DNA of 64,000 nucleotides from contig NW_024704742.1 of the NCBI RefSeq assembly GCF_018977255.1, positions 99,574,001-99,638,000 on the forward strand, read 5' to 3'. Every line of letters starts with the position of its first letter. The first letter of the stretch is position 1. This DNA is from Callorhinchus milii (Eukaryota). Positions 1 through 12,805 of the stretch are shown in pieces. The notes under the pieces were generated by a model. That model did no database searches and was not told the origin of the DNA. It was given only the letters and a program-made list of their open reading frames with translations. Position numbers and translations under genes: made by a program.

Positions 1-19
1 GGAAAGGGCAATGTACGGC

Positions 20-36
20 TTGTGATTGGCTGCTGC
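20..36 (-). promoter_or_regulatory. Possible CCAAT box (agccaatcac on minus strand)
   Basis: gtgattggct at ~22-31 matches the NF-Y consensus and lies next to the G-rich tract. Motif match only. Confidence 0.2.
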
Positions 37-67
37 TGCCGGTCAGACAATCACTGTGTGGAGCCCA

Positions 68-960
68 GAGACAGAGAGAGAGGGGGAGGGGGAGGGGGTG
101 AGGGGGGGTGAGGGGGGGGGGGAGGGGGAGGGGGGAGGGTGAGGGGGGAGATGAGAAGGGAGGGGGTTGGGGATAAGGAGAGGGGAGGGGGAGGAGAGGG
201 GGGAGGGGTGAGAGGGGGGGAGGGGGGGAGGGGGAGAGGGGGGGAGAGGGGGGAGGGGAGAGGGGAGGGGAGAGAGGGGGAGGGGGAGGGGAGGAGAGGG
301 GGGATGAGGGGGAGGGGGGTTGGGGATAAGGAGAGGAGGGGAGGGGAGAGGGGGGGAGAGGGGGGAGAGGGGGAGAGGGGGGGGGGGTTGGGGATAAGGA
401 GAGGGGAGGGGAGGGGAGAGGGGGGGAGAGGGGGGTGAGAGGGGGAGGGGAGGGAGAGGGGGAGGGGAGGAGGGGGTGAGAGGGAGGGGAGGGGGGGTGA
501 GAGGGGGAGGGGGGTGAGAGGGAAGGAGAGGGGGAGGAGAGGGGCTGAGAGGGAGGGGAGGGGTTAGAGGGGAGGGGAGAGAGGAGGGGGAATGGAGGGT
601 GGGATCGCGAGAGGAGAGAGGGGGGGGAGGGGGGAAGAAAGGGAGAGGAAGAGAGAGGGGGCAGGGAGAGTGGGATCCAGAGGAAGAGAGAGAGGGGGTG
701 AGAGCAGGAGAGATGGGGGAGAGATGGGGGGTTGTAGGGGGGCAAGAGGGTGAAAGGATGAGAGAGAGAGGGGGAGAGAGTGGAGGTAGAGAGGGGGGAG
801 AGAGCGCGAAGGGGGGAGAGGGGGAGTGGGAGAGAGAGAGGAGGGGGGAGAGATAGAAGGGTAGGGTGGGAAGAGGGAGAGAGGGGGGAGAGAGTGTATA
901 GCCTGGGAGAGAGGGAGATTTTGTGGCAGAGCCTGGGAGGAGGAGGGCGAAGGAGTGGGA
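68..960 (+). repeat. G/A-rich polypurine low-complexity tract (degenerate minisatellite)
   Basis: Almost only G and A on the + strand. The motif gggggttggggataaggagagg recurs near 162, 315 and 384. ORFs here (139-438, 599-856) are Gly/Arg/Glu artefacts. Confidence 0.95.
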
Positions 961-3900
961 GTCAGTGCAGAGCCTGGGAGTCAGGCGACTATATTTGAAT
1001 ATTTTATTAGAATGGTTAACCCAAAAGGACTGGGATTACACCCAAAAGAACTTGTTTATAAATTCAAAAAAAAAGCATTTAGATTAAGTGTTAGGGAGTA
1101 CAATGTGTTTTCTTTCGTTGGAAAAAAAAGTATAAAAACGTGTCATTGACTTATTCAGATCACAGGAAAATCCACTGCCATTTAATATTTACCCTAAAGC
1201 GTCCCGTTTTTGTTCACCAGACTGTGGTTAATGCTCGTTTGTCCTGACTCTGGTCCCATTAATCTCTCATTTTTCAGTGAGACAAATGGTACTGTACATC
1301 CAGTATTAAGCATTACATGAAACATTAGGAGCTTTAAGAAATCTTGCTTAAATGTCATGATGACTTTCTGAATCAAACCTTCATTCTGATATTTAAGCGT
1401 AGACTTTATAAACATCTGAATGTTCCTTGCTTGCTGTTTTGCAGTGGAATATTTGGGAACGCTTAAAAGAGTTAAAGCTGGTTTGTCACAAAATAATTAA
1501 CTTACATTCTGGCCTGCTGTACATCACATTGGAATTTTTTGTCTATTGAATCTTATCTTGTTGCATCGAAGTAACAACAATTTGGTAGGATTTGTTGTAG
1601 TAAAACTAGAGAAGTCAACACCCACCGTTAAGGCTTTCAAAAGAATAATTCCCATTCGGTTGAGGTGTTGGAGAGTATATGTAGCCTATAGAAGGGCAAC
1701 TGAGTAGAATGAAAACTAGGAGTCAAAATGCTTTTTTTTAAGAGCGGAGGAAGGATGAGAGGAAATTGGAGACAAAAAACACGACAATTCATCATGATGA
1801 CAACAATGATACATGCTTCTTTCTCCTCATAAGAAAAGATCTGCCAGACACATCTTTTGGAAAATAGTGTCTCTTTATTTCAACATAATGGAGAGTCTTT
1901 GGGTAGCAAAAATGTTATAGAAATAAAATTGTCTCGCTTATCTTTATTAGGCTTGTGTTTTTTTTCACTTGAATCTGAAGTGGTCAGAAATTTCAAAATA
2001 AATTCTTGTTATATATGTGTTTTAAGGACACAGATGTGAATTGACATTTGCAACTCTTTCAAATCTCGTCACATTTATGGAAGTACAGTAAACACAACTT
2101 ACCAGAAGACATCAGAGTCATGAGCAAATAATCTATTTCTGACTGTACATTGAGATGGAGGGTATAGGACAAAGCCAAGTCAGAGTTATATATTTTCTGA
2201 GCCATCAATACAGCATTGAGATATACTTTAGAAATTACCTACATTTTGCTTTGAACATTACCTTCTGGCACACCTCTGAATGATGCAGTAACCATTCCTG
2301 CTGTGTTTAGACTGCTTTGCTAAACAAGTATTATAAAGATCCCCACCCACCCCAAATGAAGTAGTTGTCAAAGAAGGTTTGCGTTACCAATGCCACACTT
2401 TCCTCCATCTTCCATGTATCTGTGTTTCTCCGCCCCCCCCCCTCCCCCATTATCACTGCAAAGAAAAAAATAATGAGCCTTTTTTCAGTCTCACATGATC
2501 ATGAAGACCCATTACCGTGTAAAATGCCTTAATCTGGACACACATGAGAACACACAGACGTTGTAAGCAGCTGCTCAACTTCAATCATTCATTTGGAAAA
2601 AAATACACAAAAGGGTTGGAAATGCAGCAGTTGTAAACCAGAAGTTGCTGTGCTAATTTGTGACTTTCAGTTTTGGGATACTACATATATATATATATAG
2701 AGAGAGAGATTTTTAAAAAATAAAACACTGGCAAAGGATAGTTTGCAGCTGGTGTTTTGAATTTCAGACCTTTTTACTTTGGGACCTTTTGTCAGTCTTT
2801 TTAAGTCTTTTCTCAGCCTAGCAACATCCTGAAATAAAAATGCTGGCCCTAATCAGGTATTTAAAGTCACAATCACAGTCAGAGATTCACTTTCGGGTCA
2901 TTTCTTGTTTGAGAAAAAGCTCAAAAAGCCTTCGTAATCGTAAAGCCTGCAAAAAGGGCTTTTGGGATTGAACACATTTATGGCACATTCAGTAGCATAT
3001 CAAGCAACTTCAAACACAAAACACAAATCGCAATTAACTGGTTTGTGAATTTTCAAGCCAATCTGGGTCTCGTATACAGTGTTTTTTTTGAAGACCGAGA
3101 ACAACAAGGTTGTTGAAAGATACACTGAATGTAATTTCATTAAATATACAGGGATAGAAATTTAGCCTTAATAAATACACAATCACTACACTTTACAATA
3201 AATCCAGTGAAGTAGTTTGAGATGTTTTGACATGATAAAGTGCTACAGCAATTTTTTTTATTATTACTTTTGTCAGGAACAACAACAATTCTTTTCTCCT
3301 GTTTCAGTACTAAATAAATCCTAAGTGTAAAGAACACTTGTATGCAAGTTCATTTTGTATCAACCAACTCCTATTTTTCTGTGAAATTAGAGTTGTGTCA
3401 AAGAGAACCTACACAGTAAAACACTTTTCAAAGTGGATCTTATTTTGTACATTAGCTGGCTTAACAAGTGGGGCAGCTAAAGGCAATTTAAACAAAGACG
3501 GATTATGTTCATAAATTTGTTCCTGTTGGCTGCTCGGAGCATGTGGCGAAATTGCAGCAAGGTACCAACAAGTAAATCAAAGATTCCTATTATAATGTAT
3601 ATTCCAACAATCCATGATACTTCCATCATTTCATTATCAGAATACGGTTGCTTTTCATTTGCAGAAAATTTGATTTGCTTCCAAGTAGATGTATTTTTCT
3701 TCTCCTTCTTCCAGCTCCTCTCACACTATACACCATTGTCCTTTTGAAAGGTCAGGCTTTCATGAAGCTGATTTGTAAGAAGCTAGTAGGAGGTGCGCAA
3801 AAATGGCCCAGAGCGACTTGCCTGCTAACTTTCCTTCTCTCTCAATGGGGAGCTGTGTCTACCCTGCACTCGGCAATCGACCTTTTATGGTTCATACTGT

Positions 3901-4479
3901 GGGAAAACATAGACGGACTCAGCCTCCTACCAGCTCGTGTTTCAGCAAACCTGTGACACAAATGCACTGTGCCCTGTCGAAGTGGGGGTTATACTACTTT
4001 TTTACCCTTTGTGATTCATTTCGATTCAGATTCTGCCTTGCATTATTTTGAACTTTGCCCTTATATACAGTATTTTTAAAACTATTCTATGATGGCGAGC
4101 CATCGCCTTTTTTCCCCCAGAAGATGGAAAGTTAGTAACTTCAAGATGCTGTGCCAGCAATGTTACCACTTTCCTCTCCTCTCCTCTCCCGATGGTGTGG
4201 ACTCCTGCTAGGGTCTAGTCCCACAGGCATCAGTCTTCCTTCTGGTCTCTTGCCGAAGAGGGAGACCGTCTTTCAATGTAAATCCATGCATTGTGGCCTA
4301 AGCTGCGGTATTTGTAAAAGGATTTTGAAAAAGCAAAAGTCTAATGTGTCTCTGATTGGATTCCGCTCGGATGCTGATCTCAGTTTCAACTGAGGCCAAA
4401 AGAGGTTCCTGGAGCTCAGTTGCTCTGAACAGGATTTAAGATATGCTATTTTACAAATAATTTTGTAAAGATGGCAAAC

Positions 4480-4760
4480 TGGACCTCGCTGAGTGTTGGA
4501 TGACTATTTCACACTGGTGGGCAGTCAGGCTATTTGGCTGGGGAGAACGATACATTCACACCCAAATCTGTTCTTACTTGTCATCTCACATGCAAATTTT
4601 CCAGCAGGATTTAATGAACAGCATGGTTCAGTCCCCCACTGCCCCCTCCCTTTTTAGCCCAGGGCATTGAGGCCAAATCGAGCATCCCATCTGCCACCTG
4701 GGTTCAGATCACTTAACACAACACTGACCAGGAATCAAAGATGCAATCTGGTCTATAGAT
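4480..4760 (-). mobile_element. Ancient tRNA-headed SINE-like family ('family C'), degenerate copy
   Basis: tagcccagggcattgaggccaa...gatcacttaacacaacactgaccaggaatcaaa recurs with variation at many positions in the window. Confidence 0.55.
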
Positions 4761-4775
4761 CAGTTTCCTATCATT

Positions 4776-5151
4776 ATAATCCTTATATTTGATATTGAGC
4801 CTTATCATATCATCATTGTCTCACAATTTTTTTTGTAATGACTGTATTTGTAAGTGAATGAGGCAGCCAATTTGCAATGAAAAGGATGACCAATTTTGTT
4901 AGGGAAATTGTTGGCCAGGACACCAAGAGAAACTCCCTTCTCCCTTCAAACATTGTCATGAGATCTGTAACATCGACACAAATAAGCAGACTGGACCTCA
5001 GTTTAATATTTCATCCGAAGGACGACAAATCTAACATTGCAGCACTCCTTAGCACTGCATTTGAGTATCAGCCTTGACTCTGAATTCAGAGTCTTAACAT
5101 GGAGCTTGAACTGCCTCAGAGGCAAGAGTCCTATCAAATGAGCCAGGCGGA
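4776..5151 (-). mobile_element. Deu-domain SINE (AmnSINE1/SacSINE1-like), old copy
   Basis: ttggccaggacacc..gagaaactccc, then tcatccgaaggacg, then gaggcaagagt..ctatcaaatgagccagg. (ATT)n tail remnant at the left end. Confidence 0.7.
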
Positions 5152-5869
5152 CACCATATTCAATAGCAGCTTTACCAATTGCTGGTGTTGTTTTTGTTGT
5201 CACTTCCTTGTGTATTCCCTAGATTGACACATCTCCAGATTGCACCCAAGAGCAGACGACAGCTGTGTAGAGCTGCAAATGAATACAGTCTGGAAAGGGG
5301 TGATCTGGTATTACTTTGGTTTTGTTCCAGTTCATCAAAGCAGTTTTTAAAATCTATGCCAGTCTCACTGGCTATGGATTGAGATGTTAGTTAAATTGAT
5401 CTTGTCCCAACATTAAAAAATGGGCAACTATGAACTGGCACAACACTAAAATGATATCACTTGCAGTGCTCTCTACAAGTGCCCCTGGTCCATTAAACCA
5501 GTATTATAAAATAAGATTGGCACAATACCATTTGCAAACCATCCAGTGACTGGGAAAACAAAATCCATTTGTTATATTGTTACAGATATAGCAAATGTGC
5601 GCCAACATATTCCTAATATGTTGTATAAATATTGCTTTAAATATCATATGGAATTTAAAACCAGTATAGGGAAATACATGAATCTTCATGTGGAATGATT
5701 TAAATTGGCAAATATTAATTGTATAACTGCAGTTGTTATATGGTTACAGACACCTTCAACGTTGTAGTTTTTTTTTAAAAATTGGGTAACAGATAGAAAG
5801 AGCTTTTTTATTACTTTGTATCGCATGTAAATATCTTATAAGCACATTATAGTAATTACAGTACATTCA

Positions 5870-6260
5870 ATAATAATAATAATCTTTGCATTTGATATAG
5901 TGCTTTATCACATTGTTGAGATGTTACACTGTAAAGTGGAGAAAACAGTTGCACACAGCAATGTCCCCAAAACAGCCATGGAGTGAGTGACCAATTTTAT
6001 TTGGGGGATTGTTGGCCGGGATATTGGGAGAAACACCTTTCTCTTTTTGAATAGTGCCATGGGGTCTTTAACATCCACCTGAACAGGCAGATAGGGCCTC
6101 GGTTAACGTCTCATCTGAAGGAAGGCATTTTCGGCAATGCAACACACCTTTAGCACTGCATTGGAGTGTCAGTTTCGACTATGTGATTCGCAGTCCCGAT
6201 ATGGGACTGGAACCCACAACCTTCTGACTCAGAGGTGAGAGGGCTGTGCCAGGTTGACAC
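5870..6260 (-). mobile_element. Deu-domain SINE, near full length
   Basis: atagtgccatggggtctttaacatccacctgaacaggcagatagggcctcggttaacgtctcatctgaagg is the reverse complement of the Deu core. tRNA-like head aacccacaaccttctgactcagagg; (AAT)n tail. Confidence 0.85.
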
Positions 6261-6962
6261 ACAAGTATAGTGTTTACTTCTGTAGGCAAATATAGCAGTT
6301 ATTTTGCAACAGAAAGGTCCCACTAAGCCATATGGTATCCAATGCAGTGTCCAGCAACTGAGATTCAGCAAGTGGTGGTTAACTCTACATATCATGCCTA
6401 CAGTCCTGTAGCTCAGTGGTTAAAGTATTTGTCTCTCAAGCGATAGACCTGAGTTCAATTCTCAGCAGGGCAAAACCTTGGGCCAGTTTCCTTACTCCAC
6501 ACGCCTGATAATAATCCCTCAAGAAAAAAACCCAATAATAAAATTGATCACTTCAATCCACAACTGTTTGTTGGACACTGCTGTGCGCAATTGGCTGCCG
6601 TGTTTCACCCACAAATATACAGTCAATTCACTTTACAGTACATTCTGTGAAGTGCTTTGAGACATCTAGAAGACGTGAAAAGTGTTATATTAAATGCAAG
6701 GATTATTATTATTATACATATCATTTTCACTAAGGTGAATGACCAATTTTACCTGAAAGATTATAGACCATGACACTGGAGCAAATTCCTTTTTTTCAAA
6801 ACACCCACCTTAATTGGCAAGCTTGCCTTCAGTTTAATCTCTCAGACAACAATTCCCCTGTTTCTGTGGGGAAGTGTCAATATACAACATAAGATTAAGA
6901 AGTGGGGCTTAAACCCACAACCTTTCTGACCCAGGGGTGAGATTGCTAACAACTGAGCCAAC
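6260..6962 (-). mobile_element. Older Deu-SINE, interrupted by a templated insertion and a young SINE
   Basis: ...cccactaagccat | aaggtgaatgaccaatttt...gacactggagcaaattcc...aacccacaacctttctgacccagggg continues the consensus across the interruption. Confidence 0.6.
6396..6714 (+). mobile_element. Young tRNA-Ala/CORE SINE, copy 1
   Basis: Head gtcctgtagctcagtggtt; accttgggccagtttcc; (ATT)n tail; 10-bp TSD tacatatcat (6386-6395 and 6715-6724). Confidence 0.92.
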
Positions 6963-8699
6963 AGGAAACCAGGTGAAATTATATTGAAACAAAATGGGTT
7001 CATTGTATTGTAAAGTCCCGATGTGAAAGATGCTCTATAAATGCAATTTGTTGCTGTTGTTGAGCTCTATTCTCCTCCTTTACCTATTTTCAATTGAATG
7101 CTGATAACACACGTTGGGGTACAGTCAAAGATATCCTTGCCTATTTTTATTGTATGATTATTGGGAGCTTGGGCATTGTATGTCATTAGCCAAGTGTTTG
7201 TCCTTGACAGTGTTTATACCTGAGCTCAATTCCAGCCTTGCTGTTGTCCATAGGTGTAGACTGTACATTCAGCAAGAGCTGATGGTTAGCATCAGGAACA
7301 AAACCCTGATTTTTTTAAGTATCAAAGGATTTTTTTGAAAGACCTTGCAATATGATGATTGGCCTCACCACTAGATAAAGTTACACAATATATTTCTGTA
7401 AAACCAGGAAATAGTGCAAAGTGCTTGATCAGCAAAAAGTTCATGAGTAAATTCTTCAAAGTAAAAATGATATGTAGAGTTAACCACCACTTGCTAAATC
7501 TGGGTTGTTGGAGTTTGCGTTGGATAATAGGAAATTATTATCTGAGTCTGACCCTTTGCTATAATTTTTACATTATTTGACATAGTATGTCAGTTCATAC
7601 AAAAGCTATCATTTAAAGAATATGTAAATCGGACAACTGGATTTTGAAACAACCATTACCTTTTTCTTTTTAAAAAAGTTGGAGTATTAAAGAGGCTGAA
7701 TATACGGAACATATCAGTGTAATGTAATGAAAATCTCACACAATTTCCATCTGATAATCCAAATGACTGTAACCCTCACTATGCTGTGCGTCAAAAGATA
7801 GTCAATATATTATTAAATGAAAATGCATGTTTTACGAAAATTAACATAACATCACCTATGTTTTTAAAAAATTAAACATGTCATCCCGGTTTTATTTCCT
7901 TCAAATTAATACTTTTTTTCTGAACAATGGTCAGTAGTTAGTGGAATGTAACAACAAACACTAACAGTGCCAGTGACTAATATTGTAGATACAGTACATG
8001 CAGTAATGAATTTTCATGTACAGTCCTGAAGAAAATAAAGCCTCATTTGCAATACATACTCCTACATAAACCAGACTGGTTCTAAGTAGAGATTGAGCAA
8101 TGGTAGATTAAAGTTCCAGATCTAAGGATAAGCATGATTACAGCCTAACCCTCAATTTATGCTATTTTCTGTTTAAAATTAAGTTTATAGGTAGCATAAA
8201 GGATTTGATTTATCTTGAGAAAAACACCATGGACAAAAATAAAAGCAAGATATATGCAGCGTCCCTAAATTTGTAGCTTTTCATTGCAAATAGAGTTTGT
8301 GTACCCCAGCCACCCACACAGAGCAACAATTTAGCAGAAACCCATTGGCATTTTTAGAAGTATCATTTACTGGCTGATCCAACCAGTGCAGACTTGAATC
8401 GTTTGTGATTAATTCTTACTCTGATTTAATCTTACAAAGAATGCAACCTCGTGAGCACCCGAGGATACTCCAAATCCCACTTTGGCCACGTGCAAATAAT
8501 CTTACACTTGAAGTTCAGTCAAACCCTTTCTTATTGCCCAGAAGGTTGCAGGCAGCACGTACTCCTTTCCCCTCCCCCACACTCAAATCAAAACAATTCA
8601 AACACAGAGTAAAAGAAATATGTAACCAAGCCTTCTGCTGTGTTACTGAACGTGGCAATGGTTAAAGAAATAGCTGGTAATCAGACACAAACTGCTGCT

Positions 8700-9030
8700 C
8701 TGTGTATATGTGTGTGTGCAATGCATTTATGTACACACACACAGAGCATATACAATACTTGAATATACAAGCAGTGAAAGTATAAGTATATAAGAATTAA
8801 TTCAGTCAAAAGCTCTCCACTGCTTATACATTGACGTGTGTTATATCATACATTCTTTGCGTCTCGATTTTAAAATTATAGGACACATTTTTATGGCATT
8901 CAGCTTTTCTAATCTATTCTGCATGATTTCTTTTACACCATTAATGCATAGCACATAGCATGTACACACACACAGCATGTGTTCATTATATACATGTATA
9001 CATATATACATGGCATTGCAACACACAGAT
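8700..9030. repeat. Degenerate (TG/CA/TA)n microsatellite-like region
   Basis: Runs such as tgtgtatatgtgtgtgtg and tacacacacacag. Confidence 0.5.
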
Positions 9031-10615
9031 ATCTGCAGTGTAGCAGTTTATGTCTGATCACTGGTTTCAGGAAGCAGAATAGCACATTGAGGGATTTGCA
9101 AAGTGTTGGCAGGCGGGTGGCCCTGAGGATGCTGTAATTGAGTGCTGTTGCTCTGAATGGAGGAGAGAAATGTGCAGTGCTTTATAGCCCCATCCCCCAC
9201 CAGAATTCAGCAGCAATTCCATTCCAATCCTATCTGATTATGCAGCGACAAATTAACTTGCTTGCAAATGATAAAAGGTCGTGGAGGGAGAGAGGAGGAA
9301 AAATCTAATAGAAAACGGCCCACAGCTAATGTCTCTGCAACCTATAAAAGGAAATTGTTTTGAACAAAGTGTCCTTCCCCCCACACAGATTGAGTTCAGA
9401 TCAGGAAATGTTTTGCATTGTGCTATAATCCTTGAAATGTGATGTGGAAAAAAATAGATTCCTCCTTTCCCCCTCCCAGAATGAAATACAAAATTGCAAA
9501 CAGGAGGTCTTAGTGTGGTGCTCACACATTATAAATCTCTTTTAAGGAAAATCTACTGTTAGATCACGTTGAATTATTGGAGTATTCATTAAAGCCCTGT
9601 TTACACTTTGAAAAATGCTACAGTGCCCAGATCTTATCAGTTGAGGGAAGTTGTCCTGGGCTTGCTTGATCAGGGGCATTATTGAAACAATTTGGGAAGT
9701 AACCCATCTTAAATCAGAGCCCCACTCAATGGCTTTTGAGATTTGTTTTGGTCTCTTAATTCACCAGTAAGGTTTATAAGCCTCACCCACGAGGGAAAAC
9801 AAATTGAGGACCATGATGTCAGCCTGCAACCAACCAGATGCTAAGAGTAAATGCTCACGTTTGCACTTACCCCTGTGTATATGCTAAAAAAAACTACTCT
9901 TCCATTTAGGCACCCTGGAGGAGGGAACAAATAATGCTTGAAACCCTCATTACCAATTCATGCTAATTCTATCCTGACACCCTTCAGCTGTCTTTGGTGC
10001 CTGGTTGGCTCTGTGTAATAAGTTCTACAAGCTACACACATACTGCATCTGAAGTTTTAAAATAAATGTACATACATATTTGGCATATTTTTTCATGTTG
10101 ATGTAACACAGCTCTGCGAGGGAGAAACAGTTTTCAAAATTTAAAGTATTTTCAGGTAATTTACAGGTTGCCCACTCCACACCTCTACCAGCTTTAGCTG
10201 ATGGGCTGCTTAGCCTAAGCTGGAAATTGATGATGGTGACAAAGTCCTAACATGCTTTACCCAGAGCTGGCAGTTTGCCTGGAGAGCATCGTGTGGAGTC
10301 CTGTCTCCAGGAGCAGCCGGGCTTCTGCAATAATGGGCATCATTGAAACCACCAACACGTACGGTTGACAAGGTCAGGGCGCCTTTCATCCTTGCAATAA
10401 TAAACCAGCACAGTTCTTACTTCGACCTGGCAAGGGAGAAGATGGGGGCAGGGAGGGGTCAAAAAGAACAATTATATTTTACATTTGTTTTTGAGAAAAT
10501 ATTGGAACAGGAAAATGGGAAAAATACGGGTACATAGATTTTCCATCCATCCTTCATAAAATAAGTGTTCAAGGTGTACCTATTACAAGTACACGGTTAT
10601 CTGCAAATGTCTGCT

Positions 10616-11350
10616 TGTCAGCTTGACTCACTCTGTCACCTCTGAGTCAGAAGGTTGTTGGGAATTGAACTCAGATAGATTAAGCTGACACTCTAATGTA
10701 GTGCTGGGGGGTTGTTGTATTGTCAGAGGTGCTGTCCTTCGAAAGAGACATTAAACTGGAGTCCCTTCTGCCTGTCCAAGTGGGTATTAAAGATCCCATG
10801 GCACTATATGAAAAGAGAAGGGAGTTTCTCCCAGTCTCCAGGCCAACAATACTCCAAATAAAAATTGATCACTCATTTCATGGCTGTTTGTGGGCATTAG
10901 TGGCCATCAGCAGTCGGGCCTTCAGCCTCTTTGCACCCGCACCCTTTGAAACTCCATCTCACATTCTCTTCCCTCCCTCGCCTCCTTCAAGGTACATCTC
11001 AAGACCCTCCTCTTCAACTGTGCCTTCGGCCACCCTCCTACCCTCTCTCCCTTCTAACCTCCCGAACCCCAACCCTCCCACCCCCCGCTCGGGTCAAACT
11101 CCCTGACTGTTTAGTGCTTGGGTGATCCTCCCGATGTGAAATGCGCTATACAAATATAATTTTTTATTGCTGTGTGCAATTGTGCTGCCGAATTTGCCAA
11201 CAACAACTTGCATTTATATAGCGCTTTCACGCGGGGTAGTGTCTCGGATTGCTGCAAAAAATACACCATTTCATGGGAAATCCTGTTAAGTGCTTTGAAA
11301 TGTTCTTCTGACATGATAAAAGATGCTACATCATATGCAAGAATTATGTA
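10616..11350 (+). mobile_element. Deu-domain SINE, interrupted by L2 3' fragments
   Basis: ctctgagtcagaaggttg...aaagatcccatggcactat...ccaggccaacaa; the consensus resumes at attgctgtgtgcaattg (~11166). Confidence 0.8.
10899..11165 (+). mobile_element. L2 LINE 3' end (ORF2 C-terminus + 3' UTR)
   Basis: Decayed SRAFSLFAP...SLASFKVHLKTLLFNCAFG, followed by the tail gtgaaatgcgctatacaaat. Confidence 0.8.
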
Positions 11351-12090
11351 TAATTGTGTGTCTTTCTATTGCCCAGCCTGGCACACTAGTTGGAAGATCC
11401 TGGAATGAGATCTGTAGATGTGTTTTCGCTGTTAGAAGAAAAGGACTCATTAAACTCCTATCATAAATGGCATTGTGACAAACTCCCCTCCTCCACACAA
11501 AGCTCTGTCTATTAAAGGCTGAATAAGAACTTTAATCTTAACAAGATAAATCTCTGATAGGAAGAACTACTTTGCTAGTCCTCACAGGATTGTAAAAAGT
11601 GAGGGCTGGCTATACTTTAGAAGGTAGAGTTAGATTTAGTGCTGTTTCTCTGTAACATTTTATCGTCTTTTTAACCGAGAGCAGAAATAATAATGAAATA
11701 CATTAGATGATAATAGATGTCTGACAGTTAGTTACAAGACAGTAATTCAATTGAATGGTTCTGGTGAGGTGGTAAACCATAAAAAGGACCTCCACTAAAA
11801 TGTCAACAGTATCGAAGGCTTGAATTTCTTTCTTATAAAATGTGTTGCTACAGTAATTACATTTCTCAGTAATCTTGCGCCAATGAAAAATCTGGAGTCA
11901 GTATAGATCCATAAATCTGTATCCCCTTGAGTCCAACATTACACTATAACCTGCATATGGAGTTTTCAAGCTGGACATTGAGCTTCTCTGCATCTCAAAG
12001 AAGCCTGAATCAGATGGTTATGGATTCAGAGCCCCACATCAGGGACTTTGAGCTCACAGTCCAGATTGACACTCCAGTGCAGCATTCACT

Positions 12091-12289
12091 ACAACAACAA
12101 CTTGCACTTATATAGCGCCCTCCATGCAGGGTAGCATCTCAGAGCGCTTAACAGTGGCGGAGCCTGACTCTGAGCTGGGTGTTTGAGGGAGGTGACCGTA
12201 AGCATGGTCGAAAAGGAAGTATGCAGGCAGCAGAGTTCCTGCAGCTGAATGTGGACAAGACGGAAGCCATACTCTTTGGTTCCTGTCAG
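12091..12289 (-). mobile_element. L2 3' end with inverted internal RT fragment
   Basis: (CAA)n + cttgcacttatatagcgcc is an L2 tail on the minus strand. 12236-12289 reads FLQLNVDKTEAILFGSCQ on the plus strand. Confidence 0.8.
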
Positions 12290-12612
12290 TATCACTCCTG
12301 GGTCATTTTTGTATCCGACAACTAGAGCTCAGCATGAAATGCCCAGATGAAATTGCTCATTCACTTCTTAGCTATGGGATATTGGCTGGAGAAGATTGTC
12401 TGCATTTCACCTACAAAATACACAGGCGCTACAATAAACAGAGCTATACCGAACATAAGGATTATTTGCAGTATTACTATTATAAACCAAAGTGTTGCAG
12501 TATCCTGGCCAACAATTCTCCAGATAAAATTAGTCATTTACTTGATGACTATTTTTGGCACATTTCTATGGACAAATTGCCACATTCTCCTAAAATTTCA
12601 GTCACTACACTT

Positions 12613-12805
12613 ATAATAATAATAATAATCCTTGCATTTGATATAGTGCCTTATCAGGTCGTTGAGATGTTTCAAAACACATCACAGAGTATATTATAAA
12701 GTGGATTGACTGGGTATTTTGTGGGCGAAATTTCACAGAAAATTGTGTGAAAGATTTTTTGATGATGTGATGGGGCGCAATGTCAGATACAAGGATTATT
12801 ATTAA
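12613..12805. mobile_element. SINE tail fragments in opposite orientations
   Basis: (AAT)n-ccttgcatttgatatag (minus-strand tail) followed by ...tacaaggattattatt (plus-strand tail). Confidence 0.6.

Noticed and set aside
139..998. Gly/Arg/Glu-rich ORFs
   Set aside because: They are translations of the polypurine tract, with no domain or exon structure.
6337..7527. Inverted repeats as TIRs of a 1.2-kb DNA transposon
   Set aside because: The host Deu-SINE continues immediately inside the left repeat, so the interior is not an inserted unit.
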